The notes under the pieces are model-generated. The model was not told where the DNA came from. It did no database searches and was given only the letters and a program-made list of their open reading frames with translations. A program made the translations under genes and the position numbers. DNA of 64,000 nt, taken from positions 1 through 64,000 of the forward strand of contig NW_013657622.1 of assembly GCF_000142905.1 (NCBI RefSeq). Direction: 5' to 3'. Source of the DNA: Thecamonas trahens ATCC 50062. Taxonomy: Eukaryota; Protista; Apusomonadida. Positions 1 through 11,133 of the stretch are shown one piece after another; position 1 is the first letter of the stretch; every line of letters begins with the position of its first letter.

Positions 1-3000
1 CGGCTCATTTCCGCGTCGACTTGTTTGCCGTAGGTGGTTGAGCACGTCCTCGACCGCCCCACCCCGCACACAACCCCCACCACACTCATTGCAAGATATG
101 GCCAATCTGATTTCACTACTACCCTATTACATACACACACTACCCCCATGCTCAGTCTCCAATCCACAGCTGCTGTATTCCAGAATCCGAGTTCCGCCGG
201 CTCGGGCCCAAGTTGTTGGCCCTGTGTCCCTTCGAAGGTGCTGACCCCCCCGCCCCGGGCCCATCTCCGACCCCCACTCCCGACCATGTCCACCCACAAC
301 CACCACACCCACACCACACATACGCACAACCCCTGCAAACATAGCCACCCACTTCCTGCCCGCCGATATTCACATCAGCCGACGCCATCCCGTCAACAGC
401 ATCGCTGCCGACCGCCTGCTACTCGCCGCCGACCGCCGCCCGCCGCCAACCGACCACCTTCGGCACCACCGAGAGCAAGCTAGTCATCGACGGAGCATCG
501 GAGGCGATGCATACGGATAGCTATATCAATGGCAATGCCTACCAGTTTGCTCTCCAACCCAATCCTTCCCTCCCTCCTCCGGCCTTGCCCATCACAGCCC
601 CCGCCGGCCTGCTCATCGCCAGCCGCCCCTGCTGCCGACCACCAAGCCAGACGACGAGACCACCGGGCTGGCCAAGACAAGGAAGGACAACAGAGGGCAA
701 GGGCAAGTGATAAGTGATGCAGTGGCGGGCTAGAGTGCAGTGGTCTGCCTCCTCTTCCAATCCCAAGCTCTCGTCTCCATCGACGTCCATCTCAATCCAA
801 TCCGTCCGCCGCCCTCCCCCTGCTCGCCAAGTACCCGCCGCGCCTATCGCCCACACCCCACACACACCCATCAGCCGTATCATACTCACCTTCATCAATG
901 CTCAAGCCCAATCGCCATATCGACCACCCCTCCGCCCGCCATGCCTCCCACGTCACGACCCCCCCTCATCCCCCCTACCATACTCATTACCACCCGTCAC
1001 CACCAACCACCACCCCCACCCCCTACCCCACTACCATCACTATCATCCTAGCCACAACCACCACCACCGTGCCATGGCCATCCCCCCCACCATCCCATCG
1101 CGCACTCGGCTTCCTCTTCCTCCTCCTCCTCCTCGTCTTCCCGCTCTACGTCATCTCCATCCTTATCCCCGTTCCCGACACCCACACTCCTCAACCATCA
1201 CATACCTTTCTGCCTATTCACCAACCAACAGCAATCTCAAGCCATCCAGCCTCGACACAGCCCCCTCAGCTGCCCCTGCCTCGCCGACCACCAGCCGCCA
1301 GCCGTCGCCCGCTCGCCCGATCAGCCCACCTTCATCACCATCTAGCTCCCTCCCACCACTAGCTACGCAACCCACGACTACACCCAAGGTCGTCACTCAC
1401 CCCACACTATCACCAGTCCAATATTGCTGTAATCGACACCCATCTTCCTCGGCTCATTTCCGCGTCGGCTTGTTTTGCCTAGGTGGTTGAGCACGCCCTC
1501 GACCGCCCGACCCCGCAAATGCCCCCCACCACACTCATTGCAAGATATGGCCAATCTGATTTCACTACTACTCTACTACACGCCCACACTACCCCCTTGC
1601 ACAGTCTCCAATTCACAGCTGCTGTATTCCGGAATCCGAGTTCTGCCGGCTCGGCCCCAAGTTGTTGGCCCTATGTCCCTTCGATGCTGCTCACCCCCTG
1701 CCGCGGGCCCATCTCCGACCCCCACTCCCCACCATCCCCACCCACAACCACCACACCCACACCACACCTACCCACCATCCAGACAACCTCATCCATCCAA
1801 CGTCCGCCCGTGTATCTACATCAGCCGACACCATCCCGTCAACAGCATCGCTGCTGACCGCCGGCTGCTCGCTGCCGCCCGCCGCCCGCCGCCGACCGAC
1901 CACCGCCGGCACCACCGAGAGCAAGCTAGCCATCGACAGGGCATTGGAGACGATGCATATAGATAGCCACATCAATGGCAATGACTACTAGTCTGCCCTC
2001 CAACCCAATCCTCCCCTCCATCCTCCGGCCTTGCCCGTCACAGTCCCCGCCGTCCTGCTCATCGCCAGCCGCTGCTGCCGCCGATCACCGAGCCAGACGA
2101 CGAGGCCCATGGACTGGCCAGGACGAGGAACAACAAGCGAGGGCAATGACAAGCGATAGGCAATGCAGTGGTGGGCTAGAGTGCAGTGGTCTGCCTCCTC
2201 CTCCAATCCCAAGCCATTGTCTCCATCGACGTCCATCAATCAAATCCCGTCGGCCCTCCTCGCCCATGCCGCCCAAGCCCCACCCTCATCAACCACACCC
2301 CTCACACAGCCACCAGCCGCATCATACACAGCCACATCCATCCTCAAGCCCAATGCCCATACCCATCATCCCTTCGCCCGTTCCGCCACCCACGTCACGA
2401 CCCCCCTCATCCCCCCCTACCATACTCATTACGCCCCATCACCACCAACCACCACCCTCACCCCCTACTCCACCGCCATCACTAACATCCCAGCCACAAC
2501 TCCCACCCCATGCTATGGCCATGCCCACCACCATCCCATCGCGCACCCCGCTTCCTCTTCCTCCTCCTCCTCCTCCTCTCCGAGCTCCAGCTCACCCCCA
2601 TCCCCATGCCCGTCCCCGACACCCACACCCCCAATCATCACTTGCGATACTGCCCATTCTCCATCCAACAGCATTCTCATGCCATCCAGCTCCGACCCGC
2701 CCCTCAGCTGCTCCGCCTCGCCGACCACCAGCCGCCAGCCGCCGCCCTCGCCCGATCAGCCCACCTTCATCACCACCTAGCTACTTCCCATTACCAGCTA
2801 CGCTACACGCGACCACACCCACGGTCGTCACGCACCCACACTATCACCAGTATCAATATCGCTGTCATCGATACCCATCGACCTCGGCTCACTTGCGCGT
2901 CGACTTGCTTGCCCTGGGTGGTTGAGCACGCCCTCGACCGCCCGACCCCGCACACGCCCCCCCACCAGCCTCATTGCAAGATATGGCCAATCTGATTTCA

Positions 3001-3330
3001 CTACTGCCCTACTACATGCCCACACTACCTCCATGCACAGTGTCCAAGCCACAGCTGTAGTATTCCAGAATCCGAGCTCTGCCACCTGACGCCCAAGCTG
3101 TTGGCCCGGTGTCCCTTCGATGCTGCTGACCCCTCCTCCCTGGGCCCATCTCCGACCCCTATTCCCCACCATCCCCACCCACAACCACCACACCCACACC
3201 ACACATGTTCACTACCCTTGCAATTATAGCCACCCACTTCACCTCGATACTGACATCAGCCGACACCATCCTGTCATCAGCATCGCTGCCGGCCGCCTGC
3301 TGCTCACCACCGATCGCCGCCCGAGTTAAC
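1..3330. repeat. Tandem repeat, ~1.44-1.45 kb unit, 2 full copies + 1 partial (may extend left of window)
   Basis: The unit start CGGCTCA(T/C)TT(C/G)CGCGTCG..GGTGGTTGAGCACG recurs at 1, 1450 and 2885. Copies are clearly diverged but collinear, and strongly C/A-skewed on +. The ORFs inside are low-complexity and not conserved in frame. Confidence 0.92.
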
Positions 3331-4983
3331 CCGTCCACCGCCGGCACAACCCCGATCAGGCTAGGCAGAGCACGAGTATAGTATGATCTACCCGTGGATA
3401 GTGAGACAAGTGGCAATAGCTATCAGTCCCTTCCCGCACCACCTCCTTCCCCTCCTTCTCCCCGCCTTGCCCGAACAGCCCACCTGTCAACCAACCCAGC
3501 TGCTTCCCGGAGGACCGACGGGTCAGACGAGGCCAGTGGGCTGGTCAGGGCGAGGGAGAGGGAGGGAAGGCGGGGAGGAGGGATGGAAGATGAGGTGGTT
3601 AACAAGACTACACTGGTATGCCGCCCGATCTTGTGTCCGGATGCCCGTGTCGTCGTCTCCTGTCGACTGCTCACGGCCAGCAACTCGCCGCTCGCTCGCC
3701 CGCCCGCTCAACCACTCACAGCCAAGCCAGATCAAGCCCGATGAAGCTCAGCACGACCTGCAGCTGGCTGTACAGGGAGAGTGGCTGGAGTATCGCTGTC
3801 ATCGATACCCATCGGAGTGTAGATGGCTGGAGTGGGATGAGTGTGATGGCTGCTGCTGCTGGCGCTCCAGCTGTGGCCGAGGCCGAGGCGAGCAGCGAGT
3901 GATCGAGTGACGGCCAGCCGCTCGTCGCTCAGCCACTCGCCGGCATGGGCGCCGTGCTGCTGCTGTGGCGGGAGAAGAGGGAGCCCAAGCCCGAGGCGGC
4001 GATGACCAGGTTGGTGATAATGCTGATTCTGATGAGGATAGTGATGGGGGATGGGGGATGGCGATGGCTGGTGATGGGAGTGATGGTTGAGGTGGCAGCG
4101 TTCATGGTTGCGATAGCGGATGACGACCTGAGGCGGTGACCGTGGCTGAGGCCGAGGCTGCGACTGCTGGGGAGAGAGAGGGAGGATGAGAGGGATGTGA
4201 CGAGGGAGAGGGATGAATGATCCATACATCGCGAGCAAGCCAGCTGCTGTGGATCACCATCGGCGCTGGATCGCTGCCGGGCGGACCCAAGTGAGCGACA
4301 GCCCAAACGAGCGAGCGCACAACCCAGGTTCGAGGCCGAGGTCGAGGATGAGAACGCAAGATCGGGATCAGGAGGACGAGCAGAAGCGGATAAGCGAGTA
4401 CAATGACGCAGATACTGTTGGCCTGATGCACATGAGCGTCATCGTCGTCGTCGCCATCACCATCACCTCCATCGCCAGTCGCCAGCCCAGCCCACCCACT
4501 CCCCTGCACCGACATCGACACCAACTGACGATGGCGCACCCATGGCCACTCCCTAGCCTGATCCTACTCACCCTCTCTCTCACACCCTCCTCCATCTCGC
4601 CCCGCAACTCAAAACTGCCCCTCCACCAATCCCAAGCCCTCGTCTCCATCGACACCCCTCCTGCCAACTGCGCCGCTGATCATGACTGGGCCCAAGTCCG
4701 ACTGGCTGAGAACAAGCCACTCCTCATCTCACTCTCCTCCTCAACCACATCCTCACCCCTGCCTCCCCTCAACTCCTGCACCCACTCCCATCGGCCTACC
4801 CATGCTTCAATCCCGACGACGACGGGCACAGCGACTTGGACGGCCCGACAGCAATCGCATCAGCAAGACCAGCAGCATCAGCAACACCACCTCTACCCTA
4901 CCCAACACAACCCAATCACAAGTAACAAGATCACACCCACCGCCATCGCCCCCATCCCCACCATGACTCTTGCCCCTCGTCAT

Positions 4984-6822
4984 TTACTGCCCAGCCTCCT
5001 CCACCTTCACAAGCCCTCCCCCGATAAAGTACTCGGCCACCATCCGCCGCCGCTCTCTCACCTCGCTCAGCACGCCACGGATCGAGTTGCACGACATGCC
5101 TTCCTCGACATGCATCCGCAGCACCTCCTCCCTGCTCGGCATCCGGATCGCCCCCAGGAACTTGCGCCGCTTCCACTTGCGGTACTCGCCAGACGACATC
5201 CCACTGCTGGATTCTGAGCTTGAACCGCTGCTCCCCGCATCGCTCACGGCGTCAATCACACACGACGACTCCCCGTCATCGCCGCTGTCCCACATCATCG
5301 GCAGCGCCTTCCTCCGTCGCCGCGCTCGCTTTCGCGCAATCCCCTCCACCACGCTCACCACCTCGACCACGCTCCACCAGCCAGCCCCAAACACAGCCTT
5401 GCTGTCGGCGTCAAACACCACCCACCGCCGGACCATCTCGCGCAGCAAATCCTCCACAAGCGCAAGCCCGGGCCGCAGCACACCCGCCACATGCGCCATC
5501 TCCTCACGTGTTGGTCGTAGCCGCATAGCAGAGCACATGCACGTGTTAATCGCTCTATGCAAGAAGCCAAAGCTGTTGCCCATCCGCGTTACTTGCCGTT
5601 GCGGGTGAAGAAGCCCGACCCGAGGTGGCGGCCGTTGAGATGAACCTCGCCGCAGATGTCGACAGACATGGTCGTGATGAGGCCGGCGCAGCGCTCGACA
5701 TCGTTGAATTGCAGCGCAATCCAGTGAATAAACTCGGGGAAGAGTAAAGCTGTTCGCTGATTCGATGACTGCCGGCTTTCATAACTATCGCTTCTTCAGC
5801 GATGCCTTCTTCTTCGGTGGTCGTCGCCCTTCGTCCTCGGTAGCCGTGCTTGATGGCGCTGCGCCCACCGTCTTGACCTCGCGCCGTTTGCGCTTCTTTC
5901 CAACTAGCAGCGAGAACACAGATCGCGTCGGCTTGGTCCGAGACACCAGGGCCATCGGCAGCGACGCAGACCGTTTGAGAGGACGGGATGCTCGCGCAAA
6001 CGCCGTGTGCTCCGGCGGCGATCCGTACGGGAGCCCGCTCCCGGCCACCGCCATCTCCACAGACTCACCCGACTCGCCCGAGTCGGTCGCCGGAGCCGGC
6101 GCCGTCGCCACTTCCCGAGCCACAGTCACAGTACCCGAGCCTTTCATGCTTGCCACTGCTGCGGACAGCCCTTTGCCCGGACTCGGGCACCAGACCTTGG
6201 TCATCCGCTCCACCGCCTCAAAGCTCCCGTTGCTCGCCTCGTCGTCCTCATCCTCATCCTCATCCTCGTGGATCATGACCGCCTGAGGCTCACTCTCTCC
6301 GCCGCCGCCATCTTCTCCACTAGCTTGCTCTGGCCAAGCCTCGCCAGTCGCCGCTCCATTGCTCCCATTGATCGCCCCAGCCGCAGCCCCCGCCGCAGCC
6401 CCCGCCGCAGCCCCAGCCGCAGCCCCAGCCGCAGCCCCCGCAGCTGGCCCAGTCGCAGCCACCTCAGCCTCCTCCTCCGCAGGCACCTTGTCCTTCTCGC
6501 TACCACCATCCCCAGCAACAGCACCAGTTGCTTCCGTGACTGTAACCGCAGCTTCCGCTGTTCTTGCTGTTATGGCCGCAGCTGCTGCGGCTCGGCCCCG
6601 TGACCGCGACCGTGTTCGTCTGCGACTTGTCGCCTCCGCTGCCTCTGTTGGTGCTGGTGCTGCTGCTGGCGGCGGTGGTGGTGGTACACTTGCTTCCGCC
6701 ACCGCCTCTACACCACCACCACCACCACCACCACCACCACCACCACCACCACCACCACCACCGTCGCCATTCGCATTTGTCGCCACTCTCTTGTCGCCCT
6801 TCCGTGCTCGAGACGTCGTCAT
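4984..6822 (-). CDS. Hypothetical protein (Gly/Ala low-complexity N-terminus), split by three -1 frame breaks
   Basis: ORFs 5785..6903 and 4984..5583 are in the same frame. They are bridged by coding-looking segments (KGIAEEAIVMKAGSHRISEQLLLFPEFIHWIALQFNDVERCAG..FFTPQRQVTRMGNS) if one base is restored at ~5805, ~5747 and ~5604. ATG at 6822 is assumed. Confidence 0.5.
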
Positions 6823-7304
6823 CACCGTGCCACTCCCGAAGGGCAGCGACCAGTCGAGTCTATCCCTTCGCAAGTGTCCACCATCACCACCACCCACCAC
6901 CACCCCTCAGCCATCACCCATCAGCCATCAACCTACGATGCCCCCAAATCCCACAGCTGTCGGCTCGCATCCTTGGCCCCGTCACATCCACTCTTGACGC
7001 CATCAGCTCATTCATCACACAGCCATCGCACCGATGACAAGCCATCAGTCGGACATGACCATCACAGCACATGACAGAAGGCAGTGACCCCCCCCCCCCC
7101 CCCCCCAGTCCGCCCAGCCTGAACCAACCTCGCACCTTGTGCCACCCGCTCACCGCCTCATCACCACCTCGATCACTGCACTGCCACTGCCACTGCCACT
7201 GCCACTGCCGCTGCTGGCCGTCGCCATCATTTCTCGCCAACTCTCGTCACCTGCCCCCCCCCCCTCCCCCCCCCCCAACCCACACCGCTCTCTCCCTCTC
7301 ACAC

Positions 7305-7961
7305 ATGCATCCGCTGCTTCTCATACTTCTCGTTGTCACCGTTACTGCGCTGTCCGCCTCGGCATCTCCTCTGACTTGGCCGTCGTCATTCTCGGCTAAT
7401 CTCATCGAGCACTCCTGGGGCCCGCCATGGTCACCGTCAGCTCCGCCTGGTTCTGCCCATGCCTCTCCGGGGAGTGTGGCTTACGACTGGTCGCGTCGTT
7501 CTATGCATATATATCGAAGTGATGGCAGATTCAATCCTATCTGCGCAGAGGTCAAGCCGGGCATGCCCGAGCCGTGCATCCATCTCATGCCATCTACCGA
7601 TACCCGCCTGCTCCTCTTCCCGCACTCAAAGCAGTGCTGCACGTACTGCAACACGACGTGTGGGACAGAGTCGCCAGACTGGGTCCATGCTGTTCCATCC
7701 GTCTTTGCCGGCTGGCTTCCCATCGCAAACGAGACCTGCGCCCTTTGGGTGCTCTCCTCGGACACCCCGGATCGGGTCGGTCTCGCTGCAGACGGCTCCG
7801 GTCGTCTTTGCAGTCTCTACGACGGCGGTGCTGACTACACCGGTGATGGCGCCTGGCAGTGGGTCATTGATCCGACCACCTACTCTACTACAGTTCCTGC
7901 GGCAGTCTTTGATCTTCCCGTCTGGTGCACGACACCCGAGGCCAGCTGCCGCTCGCTGTGA
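7305..7961 (+). CDS. Secreted ependymin-related (EPDR/LolA-fold-like) protein
   Basis: Signal peptide MHPLLLILLVVTVTALSASA, followed by WPSSFSA, YDW..R, CCTYC, C..W and a C-terminal FDLPVWC pattern typical of ependymin-like proteins. Confidence 0.65.
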   Translation: MHPLLLILLVVTVTALSASASPLTWPSSFSANLIEHSWGPPWSPSAPPGSAHASPGSVAYDWSRRSMHIYRSDGRFNPICAEVKPGMPEPCIHLMPSTDTRLLLFPHSKQCCTYCNTTCGTESPDWVHAVPSVFAGWLPIANETCALWVLSSDTPDRVGLAADGSGRLCSLYDGGADYTGDGAWQWVIDPTTYSTTVPAAVFDLPVWCTTPEASCRSL

Positions 7962-7963
7962 CC

Positions 7964-9646
7964 TCACCGCATCAACCACGCCCACGCCATCGCAACCCAC
8001 CACCACACCGCCGTCCACGCTCCTCCCATACCCGCCCTGGACCGCCCCGACGCCTCGCGGGCGATCACGCCCGGGACATCCTCCCACCCGCTCACGCGCG
8101 CTGCAACCACACGGTCGGGTCGGACAACCACCAGCGGTGCCGCGTCGAAATCCCGTAGCGCCGCTGCCGCCGTCAGCCCAGCCTCCGATGCCACTTCGAG
8201 ATGCAGCGCCCATTGCGGCTCGCCGCTCCTTCTTCTCCCACGCTCGCCAACCACCAGCCAGGTTGTCTCGATTGCTAGCTGCGGACACTCTGCTGGCAGA
8301 CGCGAGTCTGCCTGCTCTGCCGCGCACACCACCGCAAAGCCAGCCACATCGCTGCTCCACGAGCTTTGCGCATCAAAGACAGGCACCGTGTCGCCGACGG
8401 CAAGCCCCACTCGCGGCACGAATCGGAGCTTGCGGACAACCCATTCCGGTGCTGCATTCAGCCCGGCAAGAACCATGTTGCGGAGAGCGACAAAGGCTCG
8501 CCAACTCGTTGCCACCGCAGCCGACATGATCCGCGCATACCACATCGCCGCCCAAACGTGCGGCCGGCGCTCTGCCTCATACTGTGCCACTATCTCCGGT
8601 GAGCCGTGGTGCGCAAGCGCGAGCCAGATCTTGCTCGCCACACACGCTGCGTCGCGGAGGCCGGAAACTAGGCCCTGGCCGCCAAACGGCGGCAGCATGT
8701 GAGCTGCATCGCCAACAAGCGCGACCCGCCCGCCCAGCGCTGTAAATCTGTCTGCCGTCCGTGCATGATACGTGTAAACGGCGCTGCGGACAACGCAGGT
8801 TTCCAGCTCCTGGGCTGAACCAAAGTCCAGTCCTCGCTCAGATAGCGCTCCGCGGAGAAAATCCAACTCGCCCGCGCGGAACGCCTCGATCTCGCCGGCG
8901 TTCAGGGCAAACTCGGCCCGGATGTGATCGAACGGCAGTGGGAGGTGGACGCCGGGCCGCGACGGTGCGCAGAGAAAGTGGAACCCACGATTGAGTGCGT
9001 CCAGCTCGCCGGCGCCGCGACGGACCGACTCGGGCACATCGACAAGATCCGCCACCAGCCACCGCTCCTCCGCCCACGACATCCCACTCAGACCAATACC
9101 CAGCGCGCCCCGAGCTGTAGAACTTCCGCCGTCGGCAACAACTACGTACCGCGCGGTCATGATCACCTGCTCCGGCCCGTCGACCGCGGTCCGCACCACC
9201 TCGATCAGGCTTGCATCACCCGACGACGCCCGCACATCCAGCACTTCCGAGCCCAGTACCAGATCTACGTTCTCCCGCGCCTCAAGCACCGCACGCAGGC
9301 CAGACTCGACCGCTGGTTGGTAGAAGAACGAGACGGTCGGAAAGCCGTGATCTGATGTCGCTGATGGCAGTGTCAATCTTGGCCGCACTCGCCGATCGCC
9401 ACCATCGCGCTCTTCCAAGGTCGAGAGGTGAACCGCCAGCGGCAGCGGATGGTCCAGCAGCTCGTCACTCAGCCCGGCATCGGCCCAGATCCGCAGGCCG
9501 TCGGCATCCACCGCTCCTGCCCGCGGCTGGGTATTGACTTCGAGCTCGCGCTCGACGACCGCCACGCTCAGCGCGCGATGTCGGGCGAGCAGCGCAGCCG
9601 TGGTGGCACCCACAGGCCCACAACCAACCACCACCACGTCGTACAT
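7964..9646 (-). CDS. FAD-dependent aromatic monooxygenase, MhpA (3-(3-hydroxyphenyl)propionate hydroxylase)-like
   Basis: VVVGCGPVG Rossmann motif, ADGGSS (DG motif), GDAAHMLPPFGGQG (GD motif), YEAERRPH and a C-terminal VVVRPDR. Intronless. Confidence 0.9.
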   Translation of the reverse strand: MYDVVVVGCGPVGATTAALLARHRALSVAVVERELEVNTQPRAGAVDADGLRIWADAGLSDELLDHPLPLAVHLSTLEERDGGDRRVRPRLTLPSATSDHGFPTVSFFYQPAVESGLRAVLEARENVDLVLGSEVLDVRASSGDASLIEVVRTAVDGPEQVIMTARYVVVADGGSSTARGALGIGLSGMSWAEERWLVADLVDVPESVRRGAGELDALNRGFHFLCAPSRPGVHLPLPFDHIRAEFALNAGEIEAFRAGELDFLRGALSERGLDFGSAQELETCVVRSAVYTYHARTADRFTALGGRVALVGDAAHMLPPFGGQGLVSGLRDAACVASKIWLALAHHGSPEIVAQYEAERRPHVWAAMWYARIMSAAVATSWRAFVALRNMVLAGLNAAPEWVVRKLRFVPRVGLAVGDTVPVFDAQSSWSSDVAGFAVVCAAEQADSRLPAECPQLAIETTWLVVGERGRRRSGEPQWALHLEVASEAGLTAAAALRDFDAAPLVVVRPDRVVAARVSGWEDVPGVIAREASGRSRAGMGGAWTAVWWWVAMAWAWLMR

Positions 9647-10086
9647 CCTCTTACAGCCACAGGCTCCCCGGCGACGTGTGTCGTGGCCCGTACCCTGCAG
9701 TAGTCGGCCTTGGCCAGCAGGCCTCGCTAGCCTCGTCGACTCGCCGCGTCACCGCCTTGCGCCTGGCCGACTCAGCCGACTCGGCCAACCACGATGACCC
9801 CGCCCAACACGCTCGGTCACTCCCGACATCGCACAAAGCGAGACTGACACATGTCAAACACGGCCAAGGCCATCATGGTCACCATCATGAGCGTCATCAC
9901 TATCTTGCCTGCCGCTTTTTGGAAGGTTCGACGACGGTTCGATGGCGTGCTGTGTCGTATTCGTTCCAATGAGTTCGTTCTTCCTTCCGTTGATCTTCCT
10001 GTCGCCGCCCGAACAAATACACTCTCTCCTCTCATTCCTCCTGCTGGCTATCCGATCCGGCAACACTCATCGCGACATCCTACAAC

Positions 10087-11133
10087 ATGGCCTCAACTCG
10101 TCAGGTCAAGTCATGTGGCTATCTGCTGTTTCGCGTGCCAGACGACTCCAATGAGCTTGAGTTACTGCTCATGGTTCACAAACATCGGTTCGATCTGCCC
10201 AAGGGACATGTTGAGGACGGCGAGTCCGAGTCGGAGACCGCGGCCCGCGAGGTAATGGAGGAGACCGCCATCGACATTGCCCTATGCCGGACTCTGGACT
10301 TTTGCGCAAGATCGTCGTACACTACGGCCTACAGGCGCTTTGGTGGTGAGACCGTCCGCAAGACCCTCGTGCTCTTTGCTGCTATCGTTCCCGCCGCCGC
10401 CGCCGACGCCATCGTGCTCGACGAGCACGCCGACTATGCATGGGTGCCGTTCAGTGATCTCGCTGCCGGCACCTTGATCACCACCACACATGGCTCAGAG
10501 AGGACAATGTCTCTCAACAAATCGATCCAGGCGGCCGTGGCCGAGGTCGATCCGGTGCTGCGGGCGGACGGCGAGCTGGCGCCGCTGATGCCAGACAGGC
10601 CGCCACAGACCGCCAAGCCCAAAGCACGCGGCCGCGGGCGCAACCGCAATCGCAAGAAGAACAACGCCGGTACCGAGGCAGACTCCACTGTTCGTGGACG
10701 CGGGCGTGGGCGTGGGCGCGGCCGCGGGCGCAATCGTGGAAAGGCCAAGGCTGCGCCGGAAGCGCCGTCTGCGCTGGACCCGAGCCTGCGGTCGCTCGTG
10801 GTGAGCGTCCGCTCGGCTGACGACTGCTACGACGTGTACATTGGACGCGCCAACCCGCGGATCCGTGGTGGCGACGCGCCCAAGTGGGGCAACCCGTTCA
10901 AGATCGGCGGCCCGGACTCGCTCACCCGCGACGACGTCGTCCGCATGCACCGCGAGTGGCTCTTGGGTCGCATTGCCGACGAGCCCGGCTTTCTCGACGA
11001 GCTCCGGTCAGAGCTGGGTGGCAAGGTCCTTGCGTGCTGGTGTGCACCCAAGGCCTGCCACGGTGACTTTCTAGCAACAGTCGCCAATGCTGACGACGCC
11101 GCTCTCACGGCGCTGCTCAGTCCCGGGCCATGA
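10087..11133 (+). CDS. NUDIX hydrolase (Ap4A-hydrolase/NUDT2-like) fused via an RG-rich linker to a DUF4326 domain
   Basis: SCGYLLFR, LPKGHVEDGESESETAAREVMEETAI (Nudix box), KTLVLF and EHADYAW. The C-terminal VYIGR..KWGNPF..L.GKVLACWCAPKACHGDFL is the DUF4326 signature. Confidence 0.88.
   Translation: MASTRQVKSCGYLLFRVPDDSNELELLLMVHKHRFDLPKGHVEDGESESETAAREVMEETAIDIALCRTLDFCARSSYTTAYRRFGGETVRKTLVLFAAIVPAAAADAIVLDEHADYAWVPFSDLAAGTLITTTHGSERTMSLNKSIQAAVAEVDPVLRADGELAPLMPDRPPQTAKPKARGRGRNRNRKKNNAGTEADSTVRGRGRGRGRGRGRNRGKAKAAPEAPSALDPSLRSLVVSVRSADDCYDVYIGRANPRIRGGDAPKWGNPFKIGGPDSLTRDDVVRMHREWLLGRIADEPGFLDELRSELGGKVLACWCAPKACHGDFLATVANADDAALTALLSPGP

Noticed and set aside
1-3330. Spliced-leader RNA gene array or 7SL/Alu-like element
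   Set aside because: The unit size is suggestive, and CCACTGCACTCTAGCC on the minus strand resembles a 7SL/Alu segment. However, no conserved GT donor, Sm site or SRP helix-8 motif was seen.
34-5217. Numerous Pro/His/Thr-rich ORFs
   Set aside because: They are products of C/A-skewed low-complexity DNA, and frames are not conserved between repeat copies.
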